Below are positions 38,738-48,485 of a stretch of DNA of 64,000 bases, in pieces. The stretch is from Chloroflexota bacterium (GTDB taxonomy: Bacteria; Chloroflexota; Limnocylindria; Limnocylindrales; CSP1-4), in assembly GCA_040905225.1 (NCBI GenBank), contig JBBDRY010000110.1, positions 26,395-90,394 on the forward strand, given 5' to 3'. The translations under genes and the position numbers were made by a program. How positions within the stretch are numbered: position 1 is the first letter of the stretch; the number at the start of each line of letters is the position of its first letter. Under the pieces are notes generated by a model, which made no database searches, was not told the origin of the DNA, and was given only the letters and a program-made list of their open reading frames with translations.

Positions 38738-41118
38738 GCGGCCGCTCCCTCGAGCTCGCGCTCGCCGGAGGCATCCGCGCTGCTCGCAGAGCCGCCCATC
38801 TTGCCGTCGCGCAACTCCTGCAGGCCGCGCAGCACCTTCTCCGGGGTGAGCGGAAGGTCGCGGATGCGCACCCCAGTAGCGCGGTAGACGGCATTGCCAA
38901 TGGCCGGCATGACCGGCGGCAGCGACGTCTCGCCGATACCGTGAATCTCGCGCGCCTCCAGGTGCTCCAACACGTGGATCGAAAGGTCAGCCGGCATGTC
39001 CTCGATGCTCGCGATCATGTAGTCGCCGAGGTTCCCGTTCTGGAGCTGCCCATTGTCGAAGAGCATCTCCTCGTACAGCGCCTGGCCGAGGCCGAACGCA
39101 ACATTGCCCTCCGTCTGGAGCTCCGCCTGCACCGGGTTGATCGTGCGGCCGGAGTACACACCGGCGTGGTAGCGCAGAACTGTGATGTGGCCCGTTTCGA
39201 GGTCCACCTCGACCTCCGCGGCACCGGCCGCCTGATGCCAGTGGACGCTGCCGATTCCCAGGCCTGTCTCCGGGTCCAGGCCGCCCTTCGTCTGGAAAGT
39301 GCCGCTCCCCTGGATGTTGCCGGCACGATCGCGGCGGATCACCTCTCCGTAATCGAGCCCGCGGTCCGGCGCGCCTTTGGGCAGGATCCGCCCATTGGCG
39401 AACTCCAGATCGTCGGGTGCTATCTCGAGCTGCTCGGAGGCCAGCGCGCGCAGCTTCGCCTTGATCTCCTCGATTGCGCCGACGATCGCGCCACCCATCG
39501 CCTGGGTCGAGCGACTGGAGCTCGTCTGCTGGTCATACGGCGTGAAGTCGGTGTCGGGAGAGGAGATCGATATCCGCTCGATGGGTAGCGCCATCGCCTC
39601 GGAGGCCAGAAACGCCATCGCGGTCTGGAGGCCTTGCCCCATCTCGACCGAGCTGGTCAGCACCTGGAGGCTGCCGTCGTCGTTCAGCTTGGCGGCCGCG
39701 GTCGACGTGGACGGCGTGACCGTCCCCTTGATGATGCAGGAGAGGCCCTTGGCCCGCGCCTTGCGGCCGCCATCGAGGAGCGTCCGCCCGCTTTGCCAAT
39801 CGGTGAAGTCCCAGCCGATGCGCCGCGCCGCCTCGTCGAGCAGTTCGTGGAAGTGAGCGTCTTCGATCGGCTCGCCGGTCATCACCGTGTCGCCATCCTT
39901 GAGCAGGTTGATCCGACGAAGCTCGAGCGGGTCCATGGCCAGGCGCTCGGCGATCATGTCCATCTGCGTCTCGTACGCCCAGGCCGCCTGGCTGATGCCG
40001 TAGCCCCGGAACGCCCCGGCCGGCGGGAGGTTGGTGTAGATGGCGTACGAATCGACCCAGACGTTATCGATGGCGTGCGGGCCGCCGGTCCCGTAGCCGC
40101 CGTTCTTGATCAGCCGCGGGCCGATGTCGGCGTACGCCCCGGTGTTGAACCAGCAGGTGCTCTGCCGAGCCAGGATGCGCCCGTTGCCATCAAGACCCGT
40201 CTTCATCCGGATGGACACGCCGTGCTTCGTGACGGTGACGAACTCCTCCTCGCGAGTCAGGTGCAGCCGGACAGGCTTGCCCGTGACTTTTGCGAGGATG
40301 GCCGTGATCGGCTCTATCTTCGGGTAGCACTTGGCCCCGTAACCGCCGCCGAGCGTAAGCACGATGACGCGTACTCGGGAGGCGGGCAGCCCGAACATCT
40401 CCGCCAGTTGCGAGCGGACGATGTACGGGATCTGCGTGCTCGACCAGATCGTCAGCTGGCCGCCGGTGAAAGACGCGACGGCGACGTGCGTCTCGAGCGG
40501 GACGTGCTGGACCGGCGGACTGCTGAACTCGTCCTCGAAGACGTGCGTCGCGCGCGCGAATCCATCCTCCACGTTGCCCTTCCGAAGCCTGAACGAGTTG
40601 CACACGTTCGTGCCGCCCTGCGCGTGGATGATCACGTCGGCGAAGGTCTGTCCGATCCGGGGAGGCCCCTCGTGGAGCAGCGGGGCGCCCGACTCAAGGG
40701 CTTCTCGCGCGTCGAAAACTGCCGGCAGCTCTTCGTACTCGACGTCGATCAGGTCGAGCGCTTCCGCTGCGGTGTCGGCGTCAACTGCGGCCACCGCCGC
40801 GACCGGCTCGCCAACGAAGCGGACCTTGTCGATGGCAAGCGCTGGCTGGTCGCGGAACACCGGGCCGAAGTAGGGGAACACGCCGGCGCGCTCGGCGATC
40901 TCGTCGCCCGTGAGGACGGCGACGACGCCTGGCAGCGTGCGCGCACGGCTTGTGTCGATCCGGCCGATCCTGGCGTGCGCCGCGACGCTTCTGAGCAGCT
41001 TCGCGTGGAGCATCCCCGGAACGGCGACGTCCATCACGTAGGGGACGCGGCCAGTGACCCGCTCTCTTGCGTCGATCATCCCGGGACGGCGCTGGGAGCC
41101 GGCGGAGGAGACGGTCAT
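38734..41118 (-). CDS. xanthine dehydrogenase-family molybdopterin-binding large subunit (set 3)
   Basis: 794 aa from MTVSSAGSQ. The long ORF upstream is out-of-frame overlap. Active-site loop PAGAFRGYGISQ is XDH-type. Confidence 0.8.
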   Translation of the reverse strand: MTVSSAGSQRRPGMIDARERVTGRVPYVMDVAVPGMLHAKLLRSVAAHARIGRIDTSRARTLPGVVAVLTGDEIAERAGVFPYFGPVFRDQPALAIDKVRFVGEPVAAVAAVDADTAAEALDLIDVEYEELPAVFDAREALESGAPLLHEGPPRIGQTFADVIIHAQGGTNVCNSFRLRKGNVEDGFARATHVFEDEFSSPPVQHVPLETHVAVASFTGGQLTIWSSTQIPYIVRSQLAEMFGLPASRVRVIVLTLGGGYGAKCYPKIEPITAILAKVTGKPVRLHLTREEEFVTVTKHGVSIRMKTGLDGNGRILARQSTCWFNTGAYADIGPRLIKNGGYGTGGPHAIDNVWVDSYAIYTNLPPAGAFRGYGISQAAWAYETQMDMIAERLAMDPLELRRINLLKDGDTVMTGEPIEDAHFHELLDEAARRIGWDFTDWQSGRTLLDGGRKARAKGLSCIIKGTVTPSTSTAAAKLNDDGSLQVLTSSVEMGQGLQTAMAFLASEAMALPIERISISSPDTDFTPYDQQTSSSRSTQAMGGAIVGAIEEIKAKLRALASEQLEIAPDDLEFANGRILPKGAPDRGLDYGEVIRRDRAGNIQGSGTFQTKGGLDPETGLGIGSVHWHQAAGAAEVEVDLETGHITVLRYHAGVYSGRTINPVQAELQTEGNVAFGLGQALYEEMLFDNGQLQNGNLGDYMIASIEDMPADLSIHVLEHLEAREIHGIGETSLPPVMPAIGNAVYRATGVRIRDLPLTPEKVLRGLQELRDGKMGGSASSADASGERELEGAAA

Positions 41119-41175
41119 CAGGCTCCGATTCTTCGGGGCAAGCGGGCCGCGCACGGTTCTCGCTGCGACCATCGT

Positions 41176-43359
41176 ATGCCGTGGCATTCTATTGGACGCC
41201 GAGAGCGTGTCAACGCGCGGGCACCTTGTCACCGGCCGCAGCAAAGGGGTCGTATCACGGATTCCAGCGGAGTCCATTACACGATCGGTGTGGACATCGG
41301 CGGCACGTTTACCGACGTCATCGTGCTCGGCACCGATGGCTCGCTCGAAGAGGCGAAAGCCGCCACCACGCCCCACGACCGGGCCATCGGGGTCATCGAC
41401 GCGATCGTCGCCGCTGCCGACGGCATGGGCATGACCGTGGGCTCGCTGCTCGCTCGGTCCGCGTTCGTCAAGCACGGCAGCACGGTTGCGACCAACGCCC
41501 TGATAACGCGTGCCGGAGTGCGCGTCGGCCTCATCACGACCCGCGGCTTCGAGGACACGACGACGATCATGCGCGCGGTCGGTCGTGTAGACGGGCTGCC
41601 GCCGGAGGAGGTGCGCCACGTTGCGGCGGTGACGAAGCCGGAGCCGCTGGTTTCGGCAGACCTTGTCCGCGGCGTGCGCGAGCGGATCGATGCCTATGGC
41701 CGCGTGATCGTCCCGCTCGTCGAGGACGACGTCCGCCACGCGCTTGACGAGCTCGTCGGTGAGCAGCGCGTGGAGGCGATCGCCGTCAGCCTGCTGCACG
41801 CCTGGCGCAACCCCGTCCATGAGCAGCGGATCCGCGAAATCGTCGAGACGCGCTACCCGGACCGCGAGCTTTACGTCGCCTACGGCGCTCAGCTGTCCGG
41901 TGTTGCGGGCGAGTACGCGCGCACGAACACCGCGGTCGCGGATGCCTTCGTTGGTCCCATCGTGCGAACGTACCTGGCCGACCTCGACGGACGATTGCAG
42001 AGCCTCGGTCTCCACGGCCGCCTCCTGATCATGCAGGGCAACGGCGGACTCGCCGCTCGCGCAGGTGCAACCCCAATCTCGACCCTCCAGTCCGGTCCCG
42101 CCGGTGGGATGCTCGCCGCCGCACACATGAGCGCGGCTCTCGGGCACCGGCGCGTGATCACGACCGACATGGGCGGCACCAGCTTCGACGTCGGGATCCT
42201 CGACGAGGGTCGCTGGCGTTACGCTGAGGAGCCTATCTTCGATCGGTTTCGCATTCTCCAGCCAGTCATGGACATCGTCTCGATCGGGGCGGGTGGCGGC
42301 ACGATGGCCCGTGTCGAGCCCGCCACGAAACGGCTGCTGGTGGGTCCCGAGAGCGCCGGTGCCGCTCCTGGCCCGGTCGCCTACGGCGCAGGCGGCGATA
42401 CCCCGACCGTCACCGACGCCGACCTCGTTCTCGGTTACCTCGACCCGGGCTATTTCCTGGGCGGCAGACGCTCGCTGGACGTGGAAGCGGCCCGTGGCGC
42501 GATCGCGGCGTGCATCTCTGAGCCCCTCGGCATGGACGTGGTGGACGCGGCCGCCGGCATCAAGCGGATCATCGACAGCAAGATGTCCGACCTGATCCGC
42601 CGCGAGGTCGTTCGCAGCGGCTACCTGCCGTCCGCGTTCGTGCTGTACGCGTTCGGCGGCGCGGGACCTGTACACGCCTGTGGTTTCGCGGCCGACCTGG
42701 ACGTCGGCGAGATCCACGTCTTCCCGACGTCTGCGGCCTTCTCCGCGTTCGGGATAGCCATGGCCGACCTGATTCGAACGCGGGTCGCGACGCGCGAGTA
42801 CGCGCTCCCCATCGAGGCCGAGTCGATCAACGCCGATCTCGCCGCGCTGGAGCGCGAGCTTGCCGCCGAGCTGCGTGCCGACGGACTTGGCTCGGAGCCG
42901 GTGTTCCGGAGGTCGGTGACGATGCGCTTCCGGCGGCAGACGACGGGCGAGGAGGTCGCGCTGCCCTGGGACCGTCTGACGGACGCGCGACTGGCCGAGC
43001 TGGTCACGCTGTTCGTCCAGCGCTACGAGGAGCTCTATGGCGCCGGTACTGCGTATGTCGACGCCGGCATCGACATCAACGCCATCCGCGTCGACGCCGT
43101 GTCCGAGGTAGCGAAGCCCGAGCTGCGACCCGAGCCACCGGCCGCGGACACCGATGCTTCAGTCGCGCGCAAGGCAATCCGACCGGCGTGGTTCGATGGC
43201 GCCATGGTCGAGACGCCGGTCTTTGAGCACGATCGCCTCCCGGTCGGGTCGCGGCTCAACGGCCCCGCTATCGTGGAGTCGCCCTTCACGACGATCGTCG
43301 TGCCGACCCGATGGGAGGCGGCGGTGGACCCGTATCGCGCGCTGGTTCTGCGCCGATGA
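41176..43359 (+). CDS. hydantoinase/oxoprolinase-family protein A (HyuA-like)
   Basis: YTIGVDIGGTFTDV N-terminal ATPase motif. Start uncertain; the first ATG at 41176 gives a ~35-aa leader. Divergent from the set-3 large subunit. Confidence 0.8.
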   Translation: MPWHSIGRRERVNARAPCHRPQQRGRITDSSGVHYTIGVDIGGTFTDVIVLGTDGSLEEAKAATTPHDRAIGVIDAIVAAADGMGMTVGSLLARSAFVKHGSTVATNALITRAGVRVGLITTRGFEDTTTIMRAVGRVDGLPPEEVRHVAAVTKPEPLVSADLVRGVRERIDAYGRVIVPLVEDDVRHALDELVGEQRVEAIAVSLLHAWRNPVHEQRIREIVETRYPDRELYVAYGAQLSGVAGEYARTNTAVADAFVGPIVRTYLADLDGRLQSLGLHGRLLIMQGNGGLAARAGATPISTLQSGPAGGMLAAAHMSAALGHRRVITTDMGGTSFDVGILDEGRWRYAEEPIFDRFRILQPVMDIVSIGAGGGTMARVEPATKRLLVGPESAGAAPGPVAYGAGGDTPTVTDADLVLGYLDPGYFLGGRRSLDVEAARGAIAACISEPLGMDVVDAAAGIKRIIDSKMSDLIRREVVRSGYLPSAFVLYAFGGAGPVHACGFAADLDVGEIHVFPTSAAFSAFGIAMADLIRTRVATREYALPIEAESINADLAALERELAAELRADGLGSEPVFRRSVTMRFRRQTTGEEVALPWDRLTDARLAELVTLFVQRYEELYGAGTAYVDAGIDINAIRVDAVSEVAKPELRPEPPAADTDASVARKAIRPAWFDGAMVETPVFEHDRLPVGSRLNGPAIVESPFTTIVVPTRWEAAVDPYRALVLRR

Positions 43360-45581
43360 GCGTGCCGGTGGCGCACGAGACGCGCCTGGACCCGGTCGCC
43401 TACGAGGTGTTCGCCCACAGGCTCTGGGCGATCGGGGAGGAGGGCCGCATCGCGCTCCAGCGGGTCACCGCGTCGCCGATCGTCGCCCAGGGCGGCGAAT
43501 GCATGTGCTCCTTCTACGACACGGACGGCAGGATGATCCTCGCCTGCTCGGGCCATCTGCGCTTCGCTTCCGCGACGTCGGACGCGATCAGGCGCGTGAT
43601 CGAGTGGTACCAGGACGACCCCGGGATCTTCGAGGGCGACGAGTTCTTCTTCAACGACCCCTACGTGGCCGGTTCCCACACCTACGACGTCATCCAGATG
43701 GCGCCCGTATTCCACGACGGCCACAGGATCGGCTGGGTCGCGTCGAGCTCCCATACCGCCGACACCGGCGGGGTGCTGCGCGGCCAGGCGACCGAGATCT
43801 ACCACGAGGGGATCCGCATCCTGGGCTTGAAGATCGTCGACCGAGGCATCTTCCGGCAGGACGTTTTCCGCACGATCGTCGAGCAGTGCCGCGACCCGCA
43901 CTATGTTGGCCTCGACCTGAAGTCGCGGACCGCGGCCAACAGCGTCTGCGCGCGCGGGCTGCTCCGCCTGGTCGAGGAGCTTGGTGTCGAGTTTGTCGAC
44001 GCCGCCGGCCGCCGCCTGATTGAAGATTCCGAGCGGCTGGCCCGAGAGAAGCTGCGGCGGATTCCAGACGGGACCTGGCGGTCGCGCATCTACGGCTCGG
44101 CACGCAACGCGGCCACAAATACGGCCGAGCCATACCAGGTCGTCTGCACGGCAACCAAGACGGGCGATCAGCTGGTGCTCGATTTCGACGGCTCGAGCGC
44201 GCAGCTTGGCAACGACCAGAACTCGACTCTGCCGTCGACGACGGCTCACGTCGCGATCGCGCTGACCAATCAGCTGTTCTGGGACGTTCCCTGGAGCGAC
44301 GGCAAGATGGCGCCGGTCGACATCCGCGTCCCGGAGGGCAGCGCCCTCAACTGCCGTTTCCCGGCCGCCTGTGGGCGCTCTCCGCGGATCGGCCAGTACG
44401 TTGTTGAGGCCGTGCGCGAGTGCCTGTCGCGGATGCTCTTCGCGGCCGGGATCGAGGAGGACGTGAACGCGTCGTGGGGGTCGTTCTGGTACCTCGGCGG
44501 GCCGGGTTTCTTCTACGGCGGCCACAACGCCCGGGGCCTGCCAAACCCGCAGGGCCTGTACGACATCCACGGCGGCGGCATGGGCGCAGCCCCGCTGCGC
44601 GACGGCGTCAACACCGGCGGCCAGTCGAACATCCCGTCCGGCGGCATCAGCGACGTCGAGCGGATCGAGCTCCAGTACCCATTCGTCTACTTCACGCGCC
44701 GACACAATCCGGACGGTGGCGGCGCAGGCCGCTGGAACGGCGGCAACGGCAGCGCCCGGCTGCTCATGGTTCACGGGTCGCGCGACCTCTCCGTCGATCA
44801 CGCTCCATACGGCGGCTTGCCGCAGGGCGCCTTCGGGCTCTTTGGCGGCTATCCGGCGGGCACGGGCGGAATGAGGGCGGTGCTCGAGGCGGCCGGTGAT
44901 CTGCCCGAGCGCCTCCAGGCAGGCGGCTATCCGATCGACCCCGATGATGCGCTGGCAGACGGCTGGGCAGAAACGTGGGTGCCGCCCACGGATTCCGGCC
45001 GCATCCGGGTCGCGGAAGGCTGGCTGGTGAGCGACTTCACGCAGGGCGGCGGCGGGTACGGCGATCCGCTCGATCGCGAACCGGTGCGCGTGGCCGACGA
45101 CGTCGCCAGACGCCTGGTGACACACAGAACGGCGGAGCTGCTCCACGGTGTCGTGCTGCGCGACGGCGGCATCGTGGACGACGACGCGACCGAAGCGCGA
45201 AGGCACGCGATCCGCGAGGAACGGCGCAGCGGAACGGCCGCGCGTGCGCTGCCAACCCAGCCAGCCGGGTGGGAGCTCGTGCTCCCGTACCACGCGCTCC
45301 TGGAGCTCGGGCGCAACGACTCTGGGCACTGGATCCGCTGCTCGCGGTGCCACACCGTGCTCTCGCGCGGCGACGAGAACCCAAAGCTTGCCTGCCTGCG
45401 GCGCGACCGCGACCTGAGCGAGCTGAGCGGCCGGGCGCTGCCCGACGGATCTCCACACATCGGCGTCCTGCGCGAGTACGCGTGCCCGGGCTGCGCGACG
45501 CTCGTCCAGGTCGACGTCTTCTGCCCTTCACTCGGCGGCGAGGAGGATCTCTGGGATACGCGCATCGAGATCGCGCCATGA
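43356..45581 (+). CDS. hydantoinase B/oxoprolinase-family protein (HyuB-like) with a C-terminal Cys4 zinc-ribbon extension
   Basis: DPVAYEVF...GGECMCSFYD is the hydantoinase_B core. ATGA overlap with hyuA-like. C-terminus has CSRC...CPGC. Confidence 0.8.
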   Translation: MSVPVAHETRLDPVAYEVFAHRLWAIGEEGRIALQRVTASPIVAQGGECMCSFYDTDGRMILACSGHLRFASATSDAIRRVIEWYQDDPGIFEGDEFFFNDPYVAGSHTYDVIQMAPVFHDGHRIGWVASSSHTADTGGVLRGQATEIYHEGIRILGLKIVDRGIFRQDVFRTIVEQCRDPHYVGLDLKSRTAANSVCARGLLRLVEELGVEFVDAAGRRLIEDSERLAREKLRRIPDGTWRSRIYGSARNAATNTAEPYQVVCTATKTGDQLVLDFDGSSAQLGNDQNSTLPSTTAHVAIALTNQLFWDVPWSDGKMAPVDIRVPEGSALNCRFPAACGRSPRIGQYVVEAVRECLSRMLFAAGIEEDVNASWGSFWYLGGPGFFYGGHNARGLPNPQGLYDIHGGGMGAAPLRDGVNTGGQSNIPSGGISDVERIELQYPFVYFTRRHNPDGGGAGRWNGGNGSARLLMVHGSRDLSVDHAPYGGLPQGAFGLFGGYPAGTGGMRAVLEAAGDLPERLQAGGYPIDPDDALADGWAETWVPPTDSGRIRVAEGWLVSDFTQGGGGYGDPLDREPVRVADDVARRLVTHRTAELLHGVVLRDGGIVDDDATEARRHAIREERRSGTAARALPTQPAGWELVLPYHALLELGRNDSGHWIRCSRCHTVLSRGDENPKLACLRRDRDLSELSGRALPDGSPHIGVLREYACPGCATLVQVDVFCPSLGGEEDLWDTRIEIAP

Positions 45582-46786
45582 CCGGTCCGCTCGTCGGGCT
45601 GAGCGTCGTCGAGGTGGCGAGCTACGTCACCGGTCCCTACGCCTGCGCGCTGCTGGCCGACATGGGCGCACAGGTCGTGAAGGTCGAGCCCATGGAGCAG
45701 GGCGACCCGTTCCGCGGCTGGGGGAAGGGCGGCTACTCGCCGACGTTCCGTTCCGTGAACCGCGGCAAACGCAGCCTCTCTCTTGACCTTCGGAGCGCCG
45801 CGGGGCGGGACATCGTCCTCGAGCTGGCGGCGCGTGCCGATGTCCTCGTCGAGAACCACCGGCCGGGGACCGTTGAGCGGCTCGGCATCGGCTACGAAGA
45901 GGTTCGGAGGCGCAACCCGCGGATCGTCTACTGCTCGATCTCGGGGTTCGGGTCGAGCGGGCCGTACCGGGACCGGCCGGGCTACGACACGGTAGGGCAG
46001 GCGGTCAGCGGCCTCTTGAGCCTCCTGACGGACCTCGACCGGCCGCGGCCGATGGGTATCTCACTCTCCGACCACCTGACCGGGCTGTACGCCTGCTACG
46101 GGATCCTCGCCGCGTTGGTCGGCCGGTCCGTAAATGGCGAGGGACGCCTCGTCGAGACCTCGCTGCTGCAGGCGACCACGGCCTTCCTTGCCGAGAACGC
46201 CGCGCGCTACTTCGCCGAAGGCGACGTGCCCACACGCGAGACCCGTGCCGAGATCGCGCAGGCCTATGCCTTCGTCTGCGGTGACGGGCTTCCATTCGCG
46301 ATCCATCTATCCTCCCCGCCGAAGTTCTGGGAGGGCTTGACCGAGGCGATCGGCCGCCCGGACCTGCGCGACGACGCGCGCTTCGTGGACCGCGCGGCGA
46401 GGGTCCGGCACTACCGCGCGCTCGAGGAGATCCTCGCCCAGGCGTTCGCCACCGCGCCACGCGCGGAGTGGCTCGAGCGGCTCGACCGGCACGATGTCCC
46501 GGCCGGCCCTATCAACCGCCTCGACGAAGTGTTCGTTGATCCCGGCGTGCGCCACCTCGGGCTTACACAGGAGGTGGTCCATCCCACCGCAGGTGCGATG
46601 ACATTGCTCGGAGCAGGGGTCACCGTGGCCGGCCACGACGAGGCCTCGATCGCGCCACCGCCACTGCTTGGGGAGCACACCGACGAGATCCTCGGAGAGA
46701 TTGGAATTGCCGGTGCCGATCTCGAAAGGCTCGCGGCCGAAGGCGTCATCCGTCGTCCGGCCCCGGCCGCCAAGGGCGCGACGTGA
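45578..46786 (+). CDS. family III CoA-transferase (CaiB/BaiF family)
   Basis: LVGLSVVEVASYVTGPYACALLADMGAQVVKVEP N-terminus. 402 aa. ATGA overlap upstream and GTGA overlap downstream. Confidence 0.85.
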   Translation: MTGPLVGLSVVEVASYVTGPYACALLADMGAQVVKVEPMEQGDPFRGWGKGGYSPTFRSVNRGKRSLSLDLRSAAGRDIVLELAARADVLVENHRPGTVERLGIGYEEVRRRNPRIVYCSISGFGSSGPYRDRPGYDTVGQAVSGLLSLLTDLDRPRPMGISLSDHLTGLYACYGILAALVGRSVNGEGRLVETSLLQATTAFLAENAARYFAEGDVPTRETRAEIAQAYAFVCGDGLPFAIHLSSPPKFWEGLTEAIGRPDLRDDARFVDRAARVRHYRALEEILAQAFATAPRAEWLERLDRHDVPAGPINRLDEVFVDPGVRHLGLTQEVVHPTAGAMTLLGAGVTVAGHDEASIAPPPLLGEHTDEILGEIGIAGADLERLAAEGVIRRPAPAAKGAT

Positions 46787-47583
46787 GCGACACCGGCGAG
46801 TCGCGCGACGTGGCCGAGCCTCGCCCGCTGCGCACGCGACTGGGCCACGCGCTTCCCGATCGAGTACTCGTCCGCGGGCACGACCTGACCGCCGACCTCC
46901 TGGGCAACATCACTTACACCGACATGGTCTCCCTCATGCTGCTCGGCCGGCTGCCAACCGAGGCCGAGCGGCGGATGCTCGACGCGCTGCTCGTCGTGCT
47001 GGTCGAGCACGGACTGGTGAAGCCCGTGGTCGCTGCCCGTTTCGTCTACAGCAACGCGCCCGAGTCTCTCCAGGCGGCCGTGGCCGCATCGCTTCTGGGC
47101 GCCGGCAGCAAGCATCTTGGATCGAGCGAGTGGTGCGCTCGGATGCTCCAGGAAGCGATCGGGCGGGAATCGACGGACGAAGAGGTGGCGGCCGCCGGCG
47201 AGCGCGTCGTCGAGGCTTTCCGAGAGCGGCGCGAGCGGATCCCGGGCATCGGCCACCGGACGCACGCCGCAGGCGACCCGCGCGCGGATCGGCTCTTCGA
47301 GATCGCCCGCGAGACTGGAACCTACGGGCCCTACTCGGCGCTGCTCGAAAGGATCGCCGTCGTGGCCGGGGAGCGCGCCGGCCGGGGGCTACCCGTCAAC
47401 GTCACCGGCGCCATCGCCGCCATCGCGTCGGACATGGGCTTCCGCTGGGAGATCACGAGGGCGTTCGCCCTGATCGGCAGGACGCTCGGGGCACTGGCGC
47501 ATATCCAGGAGGAGATGGACGAGCCGATCAGCGACGCGCTGATCGAGCGGATCCGGCGCGATGTCGAGTACGAAACCGACTGA
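46783..47583 (+). CDS. short citrate-synthase-family protein (citryl-CoA lyase-like)
   Basis: GHRTHAAGDPRA matches the GHRVYK..DPR citrate synthase signature. 266 aa, the short form. Confidence 0.65.
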   Translation: MSDTGESRDVAEPRPLRTRLGHALPDRVLVRGHDLTADLLGNITYTDMVSLMLLGRLPTEAERRMLDALLVVLVEHGLVKPVVAARFVYSNAPESLQAAVAASLLGAGSKHLGSSEWCARMLQEAIGRESTDEEVAAAGERVVEAFRERRERIPGIGHRTHAAGDPRADRLFEIARETGTYGPYSALLERIAVVAGERAGRGLPVNVTGAIAAIASDMGFRWEITRAFALIGRTLGALAHIQEEMDEPISDALIERIRRDVEYETD

Positions 47584-48445
47584 GGAGTTCACCCCGGCGG
47601 AGATGCCGACGTCGATCGGGCTTCCCGGCGCGGGCATCAGGATGCACGCCCTCGATTGGGGCCCCGAGACCGCACCGCGCCTGATCCTGCTGCTCCACGG
47701 CGTCGCGGGCAACGCGCACATCTGGGATGCCGTTGCGAAACGGCTCAGCGCGCGACTCGGGGACGCGGCCCGGGTCGTCGCTCTAGACGGCCGCGACGGC
47801 GGGTTGACAGACCATCCCGCCGCGGGCTATTCGCCCACAGACTTCGGCGCCGATCTCCTGGCTGTCCACGATGCCCTCGGCCGGCGCCCCTTGACGCTGG
47901 TGGGGCATTCTCGTGGCGGATGGCTCGCGGCGTGGTTTGCCGAGCGCCACCCGGACCGCATGGGACGGCTTGTGCTGGTCGATCCCGCCCGGCTCCACTT
48001 CGTCTCCGACGAGTTGTCTGACCGCTTCTTCCGCCGCGTCCTCGAAGGACTCGGCCCCTTCCCGTCAGACGACGCGGCCCTGGAATGGGCGCGCGGCGAG
48101 GATCCGGGAGGAGACTGGAACGAGCATCGGCGGCGCGGCTTCCTGGCGAACTTCCGCAAGCTTGACGATGGATCGCTCGTCGGGCACCTGCCGGCACATG
48201 CCGTGGCACAGCTCAGGCGCGGAGCTGGGGAGGATCCTGTAGGGCCGTTCCTCGACCGTGTCCGTTGCCCGACGCTGCTCATGGTCGGGACGCGCCAGCA
48301 GCCGGACCGCATCGAGGACAAGCTGGCCTACGCCGACGGCATCCGCGACTGCCAGGTCATGAGACTCCCGGCGAGCCACTTCATTCACACCGACCTCCCC
48401 GACGAGACGGCCGAGGCAATCGCAGCCATCCTCGCCGGCAGCTGA
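47561..48445 (+). CDS. alpha/beta hydrolase
   Basis: LLHGVAGNAHIW and GHSRGG nucleophile elbow. 294 aa. Confidence 0.75.
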   Translation: MSSTKPTEEFTPAEMPTSIGLPGAGIRMHALDWGPETAPRLILLLHGVAGNAHIWDAVAKRLSARLGDAARVVALDGRDGGLTDHPAAGYSPTDFGADLLAVHDALGRRPLTLVGHSRGGWLAAWFAERHPDRMGRLVLVDPARLHFVSDELSDRFFRRVLEGLGPFPSDDAALEWARGEDPGGDWNEHRRRGFLANFRKLDDGSLVGHLPAHAVAQLRRGAGEDPVGPFLDRVRCPTLLMVGTRQQPDRIEDKLAYADGIRDCQVMRLPASHFIHTDLPDETAEAIAAILAGS

Positions 48446-48485
48446 CGGTGCACTCGTAGAGGCCTGACTCCGGGCGGCCCGCTCG

